64,000 nt of DNA from the NCBI GenBank assembly GCA_963775905.1, contig CAVZKI010000007.1, positions 80,491 to 144,490 on the forward strand. The letters run 5' to 3'. A program made the position numbers and the translations under genes. The DNA is from Nitrospirota bacterium (GTDB lineage Bacteria; Nitrospirota; Nitrospiria; Nitrospirales; Nitrospiraceae). Each line of letters begins with the position of its first letter. The stretch's first letter is position 1. The notes under the pieces are model-generated. The model was not told the origin of the DNA, did no database searches, and saw only the letters and a program-made list of their open reading frames with translations. Positions 9,602 through 20,600 of this stretch are shown here, in pieces.

Positions 9602-9614
9602 CAAAAGTGTGAAG

Positions 9615-9720
9615 CGGGAAGACCGGCTGGTTGCTCTGGTTTGTTTGGTTTGTCTCGTGTATTTGGTTCAACCAGACTAACCAGAGAAACCAGATCAACC
9701 AGAGAAACCAGAGAACGGCG
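9615..9720. repeat. Family C palindromic repeat (GGTTTG arm / AACCAGA arm)
   Basis: GAAGACCGGCTGGTT prefix, then CTGGTTTGTTTGGTTTGTCTCG opposed to AACCAGACTAACCAGAGAAACCAGATCAACCAGAG. Confidence 0.8.
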
Positions 9721-9726
9721 ACTCCC

Positions 9727-11191
9727 TCACAATCCGACTCTGACGAAGTCGATGTACCCTCGTTCGACGTCCGTGCTCACGAGTTCCACTCGCACGCTGT
9801 CTCCGACGTCGAGGCCACGCTCGCCCGTCACCATTTTCCCTTCGACCGGCGGCTCAAGGAGCCGGACCCACGTGCCTCTGTCTGACGCGCCCGTCACGAT
9901 GGCATCGAAGCGCTGCCCAGTCCTCGATTCGAGCAACAGGGCGGCGGCGGATTTGCGGAGCTGCCGCTCGACTTTTTCCGCATCGTCTTCTTTCTCGGTA
10001 CAGTGGCCGGCCAGATACTTCAGTTCTTCCGAATGGTACGGAGTTGGCGCGTCGGCCAAGGCCGCTTTGATCAGCCGCTGGGTGATCAGATCGGGAAAGC
10101 GCCTGTTGGGGGCCGTGGAATGGGTGTACCCCTTCACCGCGAGCCCGAAATGTTCGGGAGACCCATCCTTCGACTGGTCAAACACATATTCGCCTCTTCC
10201 AATGAGCTTCACGATGGCCAGTGACAGATCCGGAAATCTGAGGGGGTCGGCCTGCCGGCGCGTGACGAGAAACGATTCGAGCGCATTCGCGTCCGGCTCC
10301 GGGGGTAAGTGCTCGCCCCAGCGTGCGGCCACCTCGATAATCCGCTGCCAGCGTTCGGGAGAGCGCAGGATGCGGCGGAAGGAGGGCACGCCCTTTCCTT
10401 TCAGATAGGACACCGTCGCCCGATTCGCTGCGATCATAAAATCTTCGATCAGTTCCTTGGCGCGATTCTTCTGCTCAACCCTGAGATCGGTCAGTACCTC
10501 ACCCTCAAACACGGCTCGTGGCTCAATCGTTTCAAGACTCAGGGCTCCCTGCTGGTGTCGTCGTGCCTTGAGCCGCTGCGCGACCTGGTCTTGGAGGCGG
10601 AGTTGCGCATCGAGACCGGAGACGGTATTGACCCGCTCAGGTGCGGGCATCACCCCCGCGAGCCACGTGGCGACGCTGTTGTACGCGAGCTTCGCGTGGT
10701 TGCGGACCAGGGCCCGAAAGAGGGTCGAACTGAAGACCGCCCCATCCTCCGCAATCACCATCTCTACGACGATCGCGAGGCGGTCTTGCCCTTCGCCGAG
10801 AGATGTGCAGATCGGTCGACAGCTTTTCCGGCAGCATGGGGAATATGTCGCCGGCCGTATAGACCGACGTCGTATTGTGCTGAGCATGAGCATCCAGAGC
10901 GGATTCCCTCGTGACCAGTGCGTCCACGTCGGCAATCGCGACCAGGATTGTTACAGACCGATCAGGATGTGGTTCAGCCACGGTGAGTTGGTCGAGGTCT
11001 CGGGAGTCGTCGTTGTCGATCGACGCCCAGAGCAGACCCGTTAGGTCGCGCATGTCCGAGTGCCCGTTAGTAGCAGCCGTCTGTACACGGGCAAGCTCGG
11101 CCATCGCCGCGGCAGAAAAATCTGGCAATAGGCCGCGTTCGATCATGGCGCGACGAGCGATATTCTTGAGATCTGCGCGATGAGTGTTCAT
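9727..11191 (-). pseudogene. RNB-domain exoribonuclease (RNase II/R family) with one frame break
   Basis: N-terminal piece 10637..11191 (DNDDSRDLDQLTVAE ... IFPMLPEKLSTDL) and C-terminal piece 9727..10935 (CTSLGEGQDRLAIVVEM ... S1-like tail) join at about 10803-10815 in different frames. ATG 11191 is preceded by GAAGGGGA. Confidence 0.8.
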
Positions 11192-11264
11192 ATCCCCTTC
11201 AATCTGGAATGAGACCTGTGTCCATCTTCCCGGGCTCTCGGAACAGCCGTTCCCCCATAATAGA

Positions 11265-11700
11265 TCGTCCAAGCTCGCTCGTTTCCCTTTCCCATTGTGA
11301 CCTGGATTGTTCCCCCAATGCATGCAACTTTCTCACCCGCCCACCCTCTGGCACGCCGAGACGTGCCATTAACCCAGGCGAGGGTCTTCCGATTTGTTAC
11401 ACCTCTCTTAAAGGGAGTGGCCGAGGCTGCCTTTTACTGCGCGCATCGAGCGACCCTCATCCTTCCAAATGATCCTTCAAACTCGCTTGCTTCTCTCTCG
11501 TGGAATGGCACCCGTGTTGGTCCCACTGCGGCCGTCGAGCGAGCACATTCTGATCGTGCGCGCTCCGGGAGCAAGGGATCAGCACGGGTGTCATTCCGCC
11601 TCTTGCATCGTAGGGGCTCTGCGAGCAAAAAGGGCACCTGGCCGCTCCCCGCCCCTTCCAAGCTTGCTCGTTTCTCTTTCAGAGAGTTCATCCCCGCGCT
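11265..11700. repeat. Composite intergenic repeat, family D (longest copy)
   Basis: Contains CCAAGCT.GCTCGTTTC, CTCTCTTAAAGGGAGTGGCCGAGGCTGCC, TACTGCGCGCATCGAGCGACC, GGCACCCGTGTTGGTCCCACTGCGGCCGTCGAGCGAG and GGGCTCTGCGAGCAAAAAGGGCACCTGGCCGCTCC modules. Confidence 0.8.
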
Positions 11701-11940
11701 CTTGGGAAACACGGGAATATGTGGGGGCAAGACCTGAACTAGTTTGGTTGATCTCGTTTGGTTCGTGGGAGTTCCAGCCCCCAGCGTGGTGAATCGTACG
11801 AGGTGCATAGTTCTGATTGCGTTCCGGGTTTGCACCAGCTATATGATAGGGACCTTGGCGATCTCAAGCTAGAGTCCCCTCCGTGAGGAGAACCGATGAG
11901 TAATTCTGATGTCCACTTCAACTTATCCGTAACAACCTAG

Positions 11941-12396
11941 ATGGTAACTAATATAATTCGATGGATCATCGCGGTTCCGGCAGGGCTCGTGGCTTGGTTC
12001 GGAGCTAACTATTCTATTGGAACGACATTCGGCTTTGCCCACGGATTTGAAGTGGTTGATGAGTTTTGGGACGCGCCGGATATGAATGGGATGCCGATTA
12101 GTGGCACATACATTATTCTTGTAACTAGGATTGTTGCAGCTGGTGCCCTTGTGGGTGTGATGGTCTACGTTGTACCGCACTATCACAAACGGGTGGCGAT
12201 CGTTGTGGCCTCTCTTGTATCCGCTGTAGCCATAGGCTTCTTGGGTTTCGTATTGTTTCAAGCTGGGAGTGCTGATCTAAACATAGGTCTTGATGGCTGG
12301 TACAGACAGATTCTGGACATGCTGAGCATTATCTTGGGCGCCATATTCGGTGCATGGATGGCATACGGAAATCAGAAACGCCTAGCTCGGGCGTAA
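11941..12396 (+). CDS. Small integral membrane protein (about 4 TM), unknown function
   Basis: Four hydrophobic segments. Lies in a visibly lower-GC patch (about 11.8-12.4 kb) flanked by repeats. Confidence 0.55.
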   Translation: MVTNIIRWIIAVPAGLVAWFGANYSIGTTFGFAHGFEVVDEFWDAPDMNGMPISGTYIILVTRIVAAGALVGVMVYVVPHYHKRVAIVVASLVSAVAIGFLGFVLFQAGSADLNIGLDGWYRQILDMLSIILGAIFGAWMAYGNQKRLARA

Positions 12397-12594
12397 CCTG
12401 CAATATTCATGGCGGTCCGTCGCTAAATGGCAGAGTGGCGCGCGACAAGCGCGAGGAGCGAGACTCGCGTGACGTGTGAGCCCCATCCCTGCCAGTCGAC
12501 GCTTTTCCCGCCAGTCTCGCGTGTTTGCGTAGCGGCAATCTTGCAGGCTGTTCCCGTTGGCGAAGGAGACGCTCCTGTCATTCGGGACGAACTT

Positions 12595-13176
12595 TCATTC
12601 TTTCACAATCACGCCGCACGCGATGCGGGGCCCACCAGGCGCATCCTTTGTCGGCGGGTCCGGCAGATACTTATCGTCCAACTCATGGATGATGAAGGCG
12701 CTCCCATCCATATCGAGGATGGTGTTCAGCCCCTCGGACAGGGTCACTCGGCTCGTGACCGTATACAGCGACCCTTTCCGGTCGTCGTTTACGGAGAGGT
12801 TCTGAAGATCACCGAGATGATAGGGGTGGTTTCCTAAGCCTGGCGAGACGTTCGCCTCCGGATTTGCCCCGTACTCATTCCCGTCAAAGTGCCCCTTGGC
12901 CGCCGCGAAGGGCTCGCAGTTGCCGGTCTCGTGAATGTGGATCGCATGGAGTCCCGGTTTCAACTTGCTTTCCGGTGTGCCGTCGAGCTTCACCTTGATC
13001 CTGACGCGCCCCTCATACTCCTCGTAGAGATACGCCTCTCCCGTAATGCCTGGACCGGCGATGACCGCCTTCGCATGCAAGGTCTTCTCGAGCTTGCCTG
13101 TATGATAGGACGAGCAGCCGACAAGCGATACGAATGCTGCCACCACGAGCGCAGTTCCCACAAATATCCGGTTCAT
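12595..13176 (-). CDS. sodC: Cu/Zn superoxide dismutase, lipoprotein form
   Basis: HAIHIHETGNC and GGPRIACGVI motifs. ATG 13176 preceded by AAGGAGG. Lipobox LVGC. Confidence 0.9.
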   Translation of the reverse strand: MNRIFVGTALVVAAFVSLVGCSSYHTGKLEKTLHAKAVIAGPGITGEAYLYEEYEGRVRIKVKLDGTPESKLKPGLHAIHIHETGNCEPFAAAKGHFDGNEYGANPEANVSPGLGNHPYHLGDLQNLSVNDDRKGSLYTVTSRVTLSEGLNTILDMDGSAFIIHELDDKYLPDPPTKDAPGGPRIACGVIVKE

Positions 13177-13219
13177 ATATCCTCCTTGGTTATCCGATTC
13201 TCCGACCAGATGGCCGCCA

Positions 13220-13504
13220 TTATTGAGAGCAGCGCGCGAAGATCTTCTTGCAATGGTTCTCGGCCCCCAACCATTCGGGCACCGACGCGAATCGTACATC
13301 TGTCATTTGACCGTCCTTGAGGATGACGGTCGCTCGACAACTATGCGGCACGCTCCGCACACCGCTCGACTTCGCGCCAGGGATGGAAAGTTCGACGAGA
13401 TCGGCTTTCTCCTGATAAACCATCGCTGTTAGACCCTGTGACGTGCTCGCTTTTCGCGGCACACCGACGGAGATGAGGATATCCTCCTTCGTCTTGCCAT
13501 TCAA
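13220..13504 (-). CDS. Hypothetical protein (possible BamE/SmpA-like fragment without signal peptide)
   Basis: TTG-start ORF, NGKTKEDILISVGVP pattern. Abuts a family A repeat, so it may be truncated. Confidence 0.3.
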   Translation of the reverse strand: MNGKTKEDILISVGVPRKASTSQGLTAMVYQEKADLVELSIPGAKSSGVRSVPHSCRATVILKDGQMTDVRFASVPEWLGAENHCKKIFARCSQ

Positions 13505-13526
13505 TACACCACGCCATGGACCTCCT

Positions 13527-13756
13527 TCAGCAGGATGCTCAAAAAGTCCGCCAGCCTCTCAAGCACGCGACGGGTACGCCTAGCGCGACAGTTGCGATCC
13601 ACGTTCGGAGTTCGAAGTTCAGGAAATCTCGAACTTCGGACCTCGAACCCTCATCCGTCTTGCCCGTCCCGCCAGTCTCGCTCAGCTATTCTGCGGGAGT
13701 GTTATTCTGTTGTGTCACCCACGAACCCTCCCGAGTTTGCGGACGGCAGCTTGCGG
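13527..13756 (+). repeat. Family A nested-hairpin repeat (divergent copy)
   Basis: Starts CAGCAGGATGCTCAAAAAGTCCGCCAGC and carries the ...CTGCGGGAGTGTTATTCTGTTGT... 3' module. Confidence 0.7.
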
Positions 13757-13800
13757 ATCTTATCTTCAATTGATCACAATGGCCAGCGGCTCACCTTGCA

Positions 13801-14166
13801 GTGCTTCAGCCATCGGAAGGACCTCGCCTGATGACACCAGCAGCGCTGATTGAACAGGAACTCGCGGCAGCCGAGGCTGCGCGGCAGAACAGCAACGAGG
13901 GGAAGGCGCGAGTCTGTGCTCGACGCGCCGTGGCCCTCGCCACTGAGGCGTGGCTGACTCGGCTTCCTCTTCCACGATGGCGCGGGGATGCGATGGAACA
14001 TCTCCGGCAGATTCAGCAGAACGCGTCCTTCCCGCTTCTCATCCGCCAGGCGGCCGAGCGATTGAGCACCTCGGTGACCCGTCAGCACACAGCCCCCATC
14101 ACGACAGACCCCGTCGCCGACGCGAGACTCATCATCGCCCACCTCACCACCGACGGTGGCGCGTGA
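13801..14166 (+). CDS. Hypothetical helical protein
   Basis: Ala/Arg-rich helical ORF; start may be ATG 13831. Followed directly by a family C repeat, as other + strand genes are. Confidence 0.4.
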   Translation: MLQPSEGPRLMTPAALIEQELAAAEAARQNSNEGKARVCARRAVALATEAWLTRLPLPRWRGDAMEHLRQIQQNASFPLLIRQAAERLSTSVTRQHTAPITTDPVADARLIIAHLTTDGGA

Positions 14167-14262
14167 AACGCGAGGACCGGCTGGTCTCTCTTGTTTATTT
14201 GGTCTGTTTTGTTTGTTTGGTTGCACGAGACTAACCAGATGAACCAGATCAACCTGCCCCGC
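14165..14262. repeat. Family C palindromic repeat
   Basis: GAGGACCGGCTGGTC prefix, GTTTATTTGGTCTGTTTTGTTTGTTTGGTT arm opposed to AACCAGATGAACCAGATCAACC. Confidence 0.75.
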
Positions 14263-14334
14263 CTGCATTGTGTGCTACAACAGTTTTTCTTCAGCTTGCT
14301 AAATTCTCTTAACGGGAATGGCCGAGGCTACCCT

Positions 14335-14679
14335 TCACCATTTTTCTCGACCGCTAGAGACTTCTAAGATCACTTCTGTAGGAACGTCCACCTCACCTGC
14401 TTCAAAAACCTCTCCCTGAAATCGTACGGAATGGGGTCGATTTCCCGAATGATTTGAACTATCCTTGGGCCGGTTCAAAAACAAATGAATGTGGTCGCCC
14501 GGGGTGACCGCGTCTTTGCGCGCTCGATGATCCCAATGCAGCCCCATTTCTTGCCCATTGGAGACTTTAATAATGTTGCGGTCTCCCTCTGATCGAATGA
14601 ATCGGCCTGTCATTCCATCTAGACCGCAACCGAGCGAGGAAATACTAAATAGAGCAACGATGACGGCTCTGCTTTGCAT
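14335..14679 (-). CDS. Lipoprotein of unknown function
   Basis: Signal peptide MQSRAVIVALFSISSLGC with lipobox. Confidence 0.55.
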   Translation of the reverse strand: MQSRAVIVALFSISSLGCGLDGMTGRFIRSEGDRNIIKVSNGQEMGLHWDHRARKDAVTPGDHIHLFLNRPKDSSNHSGNRPHSVRFQGEVFEAGEVDVPTEVILEVSSGREKW

Positions 14680-14706
14680 GGCCTTTCTTTTCGAAATTCA
14701 GTGTGA

Positions 14707-15570
14707 TTATCTGAAGACGTCGAACAACACGCGTAGGCCTACCTGAATCGTATAGTTCCAGCCAGGAGCAAACTCCGCACCCGTCGGGGCTTGTGTTTCC
14801 AGCGAACCGTTCCGTAGGCCCCGAAAGACCAGGTCTATCTGGACCATGGGACTCTTGTACCAGCGAAAGCCGGTTTGAAAAGCGGGAAACTTTTCTTCAA
14901 AAGAAAACGGGTCGCCGTTGAAAATTTCTCCCAAGAACCGGACCTCCCGTGTCACCGGCGTGATCACTTCGAAACCCGCAGCCCAATAGAGTTTACTCTG
15001 GAACGTCGTCGGGCCGGCATCATACCGTGATTTCGCGCCGAGATTGAGATGAATGGCCAGATTATTGTCATAGGGGTCAGTGTCGGCATCCGGTGTAAAC
15101 AGAAACCAGCTGACATGAGCCATGGCGTAACCATCCCAATGCTGGCGATTGCCGCTGAGGGGAAATAACGTGGCAGCTGCCACGGAGATGGAAGGAATCG
15201 CGCCGAGGGAACTGTGCAAGACATACTTCGGCTGAATCAGCAGGTCGAGCGGACGGGCTTGATAGTCCTGATAGGTGAAACCGAATCCGCCTGCAGTTAG
15301 TTCGAAGCGGTCGGTGATACCGAGGCCTTCGAATGTGCGCGCCTCGAAAGCTGGCTTGTCTCCCTGTACCATCGTTATGCCACCGTACGTTTCAGTCACA
15401 ACTTGTCCCTTATAGACAATCCGGGCATCATCCGTGACGAAGGGGCGAACGGCGAGCGCGTCTTCCGGAGAGAAATGGACAGCGCAGAAGGCGAGAAAGA
15501 TCAGCGCACAGCGTACGGGTATAATCCTGTTTGGGCGCGCCTGCATCACGAGTCTCCCGAGCCTTCTCAC
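14707..15570 (-). CDS. Outer-membrane beta-barrel protein (MetA-pathway/transporter-like family)
   Basis: Signal peptide, RPFVTDDARIV start of the mature part, alternating beta-strand pattern, aromatic-rich C terminus. Start may be the internal ATG 15546. Confidence 0.6.
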   Translation of the reverse strand: MRRLGRLVMQARPNRIIPVRCALIFLAFCAVHFSPEDALAVRPFVTDDARIVYKGQVVTETYGGITMVQGDKPAFEARTFEGLGITDRFELTAGGFGFTYQDYQARPLDLLIQPKYVLHSSLGAIPSISVAAATLFPLSGNRQHWDGYAMAHVSWFLFTPDADTDPYDNNLAIHLNLGAKSRYDAGPTTFQSKLYWAAGFEVITPVTREVRFLGEIFNGDPFSFEEKFPAFQTGFRWYKSPMVQIDLVFRGLRNGSLETQAPTGAEFAPGWNYTIQVGLRVLFDVFR

Positions 15571-15774
15571 TCTGCAGGGAGGCCGCTATGACGCTCCCGT
15601 CGTGAAAGTATGAACTCCTACCTGCTTTAAACATCAGCGGAATTAAAATAGGCCGTAAATTTTCAATTAAATTCCTTTCTGATTGTCCCATCGACAGCAG
15701 GGGTTTAGTCTTGGCTCCAACATCTTGCAGTCCGCGTGTTCCGGAGTGAAGAGAAGGACTCACGATCGATTTCC

Positions 15775-15890
15775 ACTACCTTAAGGGTTGGATGACTTGC
15801 CCTCTACTGCGCGCATCGAACGAGCACATTCTTCATCGTGCGCGCTCTGCGAGCAAGAAGGGCACCTGGCCGCTCCCTCCTCTTACCAGC
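15775..15890. repeat. Family D core module
   Basis: CTACTGCGCGCATCGAACGAGCACATTCTTCATCGTGCGCGCTCTGCGAGCAAGAAGGGCACCTGGCCGCTCC; includes a GCGCGCA...TGCGCGC stem. Confidence 0.8.
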
Positions 15891-17346
15891 CCAACACCCA
15901 CCGATGCCCATTCTTTTCCAGCAGCGCATCCGCTTCGCTTGGCCCCCAGCTTCCAGCGGTGTAGGAGTAAACGGATTTCTCGCCGGTCAACAGAGGGTCA
16001 TAGAGGCGCCAAGCCGTTTCGGTGAAATCCGCGCTGACGAAGAGAGTCTGATCGCCGATCATCACGTCGCGGAGCAGAGTCTCATAGGCTTCGGGGAGCT
16101 GGCCAAAGGCTTGTTCATAATCGAACTGCAGCGCGCGGTCGCTCAATTGGAACGGCCTCCCCGGACTCTTCACAGAAAAACAGAGCGAGAACCCTTCACT
16201 GGGCTGGAGCGTGATCAGCAGCTTGTTGGACGGAATGCTGCCAGGCTTGAGGGACCGAAAGACTTGGGTGGGGGCCTCACGAAAGGTCACCGCTATCTGG
16301 GTCAGTTTACGCGGGAAGCGTTTGCCCGTCCTGAGATAGAAGGGCACACCCTTCCACCGCCAATTGTGAATCTCCGCTTTCAGAGCGACATACGTCTCCG
16401 TGGTCGAATCCTTCGGGACCCCATGTTCCTCGCAATAGCCATGAATCGTCTGGCCGGCGATCTGCCAGGACGTGTACTGGCCAAAGACAATATCCTGAAG
16501 CGTGATCGGCGCAATGGAATGGAGCACTTTGAGTTTTTCATTCTGGATCGCACCGGCATCGAAGGACGCCGGCACTTCCATCGCAACGACCGTCATGAGT
16601 TGGGTCAGATGGTTCTGGACCATATCGCGGAGCGCCCCAGCCTGCTGGTAGTAGGCCCCGCGATGCTCGACGCCGAGATCTTCGGCAACGGTAATCTGAA
16701 TGTTCTCGATGGTGTCGCGATTCCAAAGCGATTCAAAAATCGGGTTCGCGAAGCGGAACGCCAGGAGATTCTGCACCGTCTCTTTGCCGAGGTAATGATC
16801 GATGCGGTAGATCTGGGATTCCTCGATATAGCGATGCAGGGTCGTGTTCAGTTGCCGGGCCGAGTGAAAATCGCGGCCAAAGGGCTTTTCGAACACGACG
16901 CGGACCCACCCGTGGCTCTTAAGCAGTCCCGCCTGGTGCAGCCGTTCCATCGCGATAGGCACGGTGGCCGGTGGCAAGGCGAGGTAGAACACCCGATTCT
17001 CCGGCATGTTGTGCGTGCGCTCCAACCGTCGGATGTACCCGGCCAACGCCTCATAATCTTGTACTCCCCCTTCATGCAGGGTCTGGTAGTGAAGACACTC
17101 ATCGCACCAAACGCGCAACTCTGTTTCATTGCGCCAGCCCGCTTGCTGTAGACCTTCGAAGGCCCAGAGCCGAAACCCCTCTTCGCCCATCTCGGGCAAG
17201 GAAGCGCCGACGATCAGCGTGTTGCGAGTTTCCAGAATTCCCTGGTCCCGCAAATGATAGAGTGCGGGCAGGAGCTTCCGACGCGTTAGATCGCCGGTCG
17301 CACCGATGATGACAAAAACGTGGGGCTCAACCTGATGTTCCGACAT
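15883..17346 (-). CDS. zwf: Glucose-6-phosphate 1-dehydrogenase
   Basis: VIIGATGDLTRRKLLPAL and RIDHYLGKE motifs. Start taken at ATG 17346 (MSEHQ). Confidence 0.93.
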   Translation of the reverse strand: MSEHQVEPHVFVIIGATGDLTRRKLLPALYHLRDQGILETRNTLIVGASLPEMGEEGFRLWAFEGLQQAGWRNETELRVWCDECLHYQTLHEGGVQDYEALAGYIRRLERTHNMPENRVFYLALPPATVPIAMERLHQAGLLKSHGWVRVVFEKPFGRDFHSARQLNTTLHRYIEESQIYRIDHYLGKETVQNLLAFRFANPIFESLWNRDTIENIQITVAEDLGVEHRGAYYQQAGALRDMVQNHLTQLMTVVAMEVPASFDAGAIQNEKLKVLHSIAPITLQDIVFGQYTSWQIAGQTIHGYCEEHGVPKDSTTETYVALKAEIHNWRWKGVPFYLRTGKRFPRKLTQIAVTFREAPTQVFRSLKPGSIPSNKLLITLQPSEGFSLCFSVKSPGRPFQLSDRALQFDYEQAFGQLPEAYETLLRDVMIGDQTLFVSADFTETAWRLYDPLLTGEKSVYSYTAGSWGPSEADALLEKNGHRWVLGW

Positions 17347-17383
17347 CCGCAGGTTCCTACAGTGTGAACGGGTCAACCGTCTC

Positions 17384-17595
17384 TTAGCAGGATGCTGAAA
17401 CAGTCCGCCAGCGGCGTTCTCGCATCGTTCAGACCCTCAACGTACCCCAGAGGGTACGCCTCGGCCCTTCACTCGCTGCGGCCTTGCTGGGCGGCCTGTT
17501 TGAGCATCCTGCGGGAGTGTTCTCCTGTTGTACCAGACGTGCCGGCCATCGAAGTTCCGCTGTGCCGAAATGGTTTTTCCGGCAGTCTGCTAGCA
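17384..17595 (+). repeat. Family A nested-hairpin repeat (basic about 212-bp form)
   Basis: TTAGCAGGATGCTGAAACAG ... GTACCC-caga-GGGTAC ... CTGTTTGAGCATCCTGC ... CTGCTAGCA. Confidence 0.85.
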
Positions 17596-17652
17596 GCGTC
17601 ATCGGCTTCGCCTCTCAGGCGACCGACCGGCCCTGCGCTTCCATGTCGTGTT

Positions 17653-20600
17653 TCATACGCGCGATGACGGGACTGTTCGCGCCGTTCCGTCACGTTGATC
17701 AATCACCGTCTGTGACGCTTTGTGAAGGGCCCGGGACGTCGCTCGCTCTTCGATCCACTGGTAGAGCACCGGCAGTACAACAAGCGTCAGAAACGTCGAA
17801 CTGACGAGTCCGCCGATCACAACGACGGCCAGAGGCCGTTGAACTTCCGATCCAATCCCATGGGCAAAGGCGAGCGGAACCAATCCCAGTAGCGCGACCA
17901 GCGCCGTCATCAAGACGGGCCGGAGACGCATCATGCAGCCAATCAGCACCGCCTGCTGAACGTCCTTCCCCTCCTGCTGGCGAAGCGCATTCATATAGGA
18001 CACCAACACGATGCCGTTCAACACGGCCACGCCGAAGAGATTGATGAATCCGACTGAGGCCGGCACGCTCAGGTATTCCCCCGTCACCCATAAGGCGACA
18101 ATTCCGCCGATGAGGGCAAACGGAAGATTGAGAATGATCAGTGCAGCCTGCTTGAGCGAGGAGAACGACGAGAACAGGAGCAAGAAGATCGCGCCAATGG
18201 TGATCGGAACAATGATCTTGATGCGGGCCATCGCCCGCTGCATATTCTCGAACGATCCGCCCCAGACGATCGTGTACCCGTCCGGGAGCCGGACCTCCCG
18301 GGCGATCCGCTGCTGCGCCTCAGCCACAATACTTCCGATGTCCCGTCCGTGGGTATTGAAGCTGACTGGCAGATACCGCTGAAGGTGATCGCGGTTGATA
18401 CGCCCCGGTCCCTCGTGCATCCGGATGGTGCCGAGATCGCTGAGTGGAATGAATGCCCCACTGCCGGCCGTCAGTCGAATGTTTCCGATGGTCTCGATGC
18501 TGTTCCGATCCTGTTCCGGAAACCGCACTGTCAAATTGAACCGTCGATTCTCTTCGTACACCCGGGTCGCGGCTTCTCCTCCGATCGCGATTGCGATGAC
18601 CTCGCGCACGTCCGAGACGTTGATGCCGTGTCGGGCGATCTTGCTCCGATCGATATCGATCGTGATGTATGGCTGGCCGAAGAGTTGCTCTACTTTTAAA
18701 TCTTTGACGCCCCGAATCGTGCCGAGGACGCTGGCGATCTCATCCGCCGTGTGACGCAACGCCTCCAGGTCTGGCCCGAAGAGCTTGACGGTCGCCTCCG
18801 TGCGCACCCCCGAAATCAATTCGTCCACCCGTTGCTGGATCGGCTGGCTGATCAGAAAATTGGCGCCCGGCACCTGTGCCAGCCGCTCGCGGACTCGCTC
18901 TTTCAACTCCGCCATGGTGGAGGCCGTCGTCCACGTCTGAATCGGATGCAAAGCCGCGACGGAATCGCTTTCGTTCGGCTCTTGCGGGTCGGTCGCCAAT
19001 TCCGAGCGTCCGATCTTGGACACCATCATCTGCACTTCTGGAAACTCCAGCACCGCCCGCTGCACCTCTCGTTCGATCTTGATCGATTGCTCCAAAGAAA
19101 TGCTCGGCAAGCGGATCGTGAGGGGGGCCATCGTGCCTTCATTCAGAATGGGGACAAACTCCGACCCCAAAAATGGAACGAGCGCAATACTTCCTGCCAG
19201 CATGAGCCCTGTGGCTGTCAGTACCGCGCTCCGATGTCCTAACGCCCAGCGCAGCAAGGGAAGATAGGCGCGCTTGGCCCATCGGAGCGCCAAGGGATCG
19301 GGGTCGTTGTGCCCTGCCCGCAGAGTCAGATTACACAAGACAGGCGACAGCGTGACCGACAGAATGAGCGACACCATCAGGGCAATCATGATGGTATAGG
19401 CCATCGGCTTGAACATTTTGCCTTCCATGCCTTGGAAAGAGAGGATGGGCATAAAGACGATGATGATGATCAGAATGCCGAAGACCACGGGGCGGGCGAC
19501 CTCCCGAGCGGCATTGAGGATGAGGGCCTGTCGAGGCAGGCCCTGGTGACGGGGATCGGACAGATGCCGGTGGATGTTTTCCACCACCACCACAGACGCG
19601 TCGACCATCATGCCGATGGCGATGGCCAGGCCGCCCAAGGACATCAGATTGGCAGTGAGATCGAACCGATCCATCACGAAGAACGTCACGAGCGGCGTCG
19701 CGATGAGCGTCGCCGCCACGATCAAGGCGCTCCTGGTATCGCCCAGGAACACGAACAGCACGATCACCACCAGGAGAATACCCTCGCCCAGCGCCTTATA
19801 GACGGTTGCCAATGCGGCGGAGATCAATTCGATACGATCATAAAAGGGAACGATCCGCCATCCTGCCGGCAGCAGCCCCTTGTCCTGTATCTCGGCGATC
19901 TTGCCTTTGAGGCCTTCCACGACGTCGCGGGCGTTTCCGCCGCGCAGCATGAGCACGATCCCTGCCACCACCTCGCGCTCACCGTTCAGGACGGCAGCTC
20001 CATGGCGAATGGCATGGCCGATCTGTACTTGGGCGACGTCATGGATGTGCACGGGAGTGCCGCCCGCTTCCTTGACGACGATGTCCTCGATGTCGCTCAG
20101 TTTCCGGATCATCCCCACGCCGCGGACGATGTACTTTTCGGCATGTTTCTCCAGCACGTTGCCTGCGGCATTCGCGTTGTTGTTCGCCACGGAGGCAAAC
20201 ACCTCGTCCAGCGAGAGAGCGTATTTGCGCAACAGTTCCGGCTCGACGAGCACCTGGTACTGTTTGACATACCCGCCTTGCGAGTTGACGTCGATCACTC
20301 CAGGGACGCCCTTGAGCAACGGCCGGATGACCCAGTCCTGCACTGTTCGCTGTTCGATCAATTCGCGTTCCACCGCGGCGGCGTCCAGACCGGCATGCGG
20401 AGGGCCTTCCAGATAGTACTGATACACCTCTCCCAGTCCGGTGCTGTTCGGCGTCATCATCGGTTCAGACCCGGGCGGTAAGTGCTCCCGCACTTCGATC
20501 AACCGTTCGAGCACGAGTTGGCGGGCAAGGTTGATGTCCATCTGATCGTCGAACACCACCGTAATCAACGACAATCCTACTTTGGTGAGCGAGCGTAGAT

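Noticed and set aside
8581-9720. CRISPR array suspected from recurring GGTTTG/AACCAGA units and from the heptamer arrays at 49.1-50.9 kb
   Set aside because: Units are 6-7 nt, directly abutting or palindromic. There are no 25-40-nt unique spacers, no repeat of CRISPR length, and no cas genes in the window.
10795-10820. Programmed ribosomal frameshift in the RNB gene and the other broken genes
   Set aside because: There is no slippery heptamer, no shared motif among the sites and no downstream structure. Assembly indels or ordinary pseudogenisation explain them better.
13801-14166. HEPN-like toxin/antitoxin component suggested by the helical A..A...H.L pattern
   Set aside because: There is no Rx4-6H motif and no adjacent nucleotidyltransferase partner. 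The resemblance is too weak to call.
15838-17151. 437-aa + strand ORF
   Set aside because: It is antisense to zwf and begins inside a family D repeat. It is an Arg/Gly/Pro-rich shadow ORF. The same reasoning applies to 4305..5105, 38459..39355, 47760..48797, 52120..53061 and 59104..60102.
19309-20481. 390-aa His/Asp/Arg-rich ORF on the + strand
   Set aside because: It is entirely antisense to the well-supported cusA gene. Its composition is typical of out-of-frame or antisense translation in high-GC DNA. No start context or domain.
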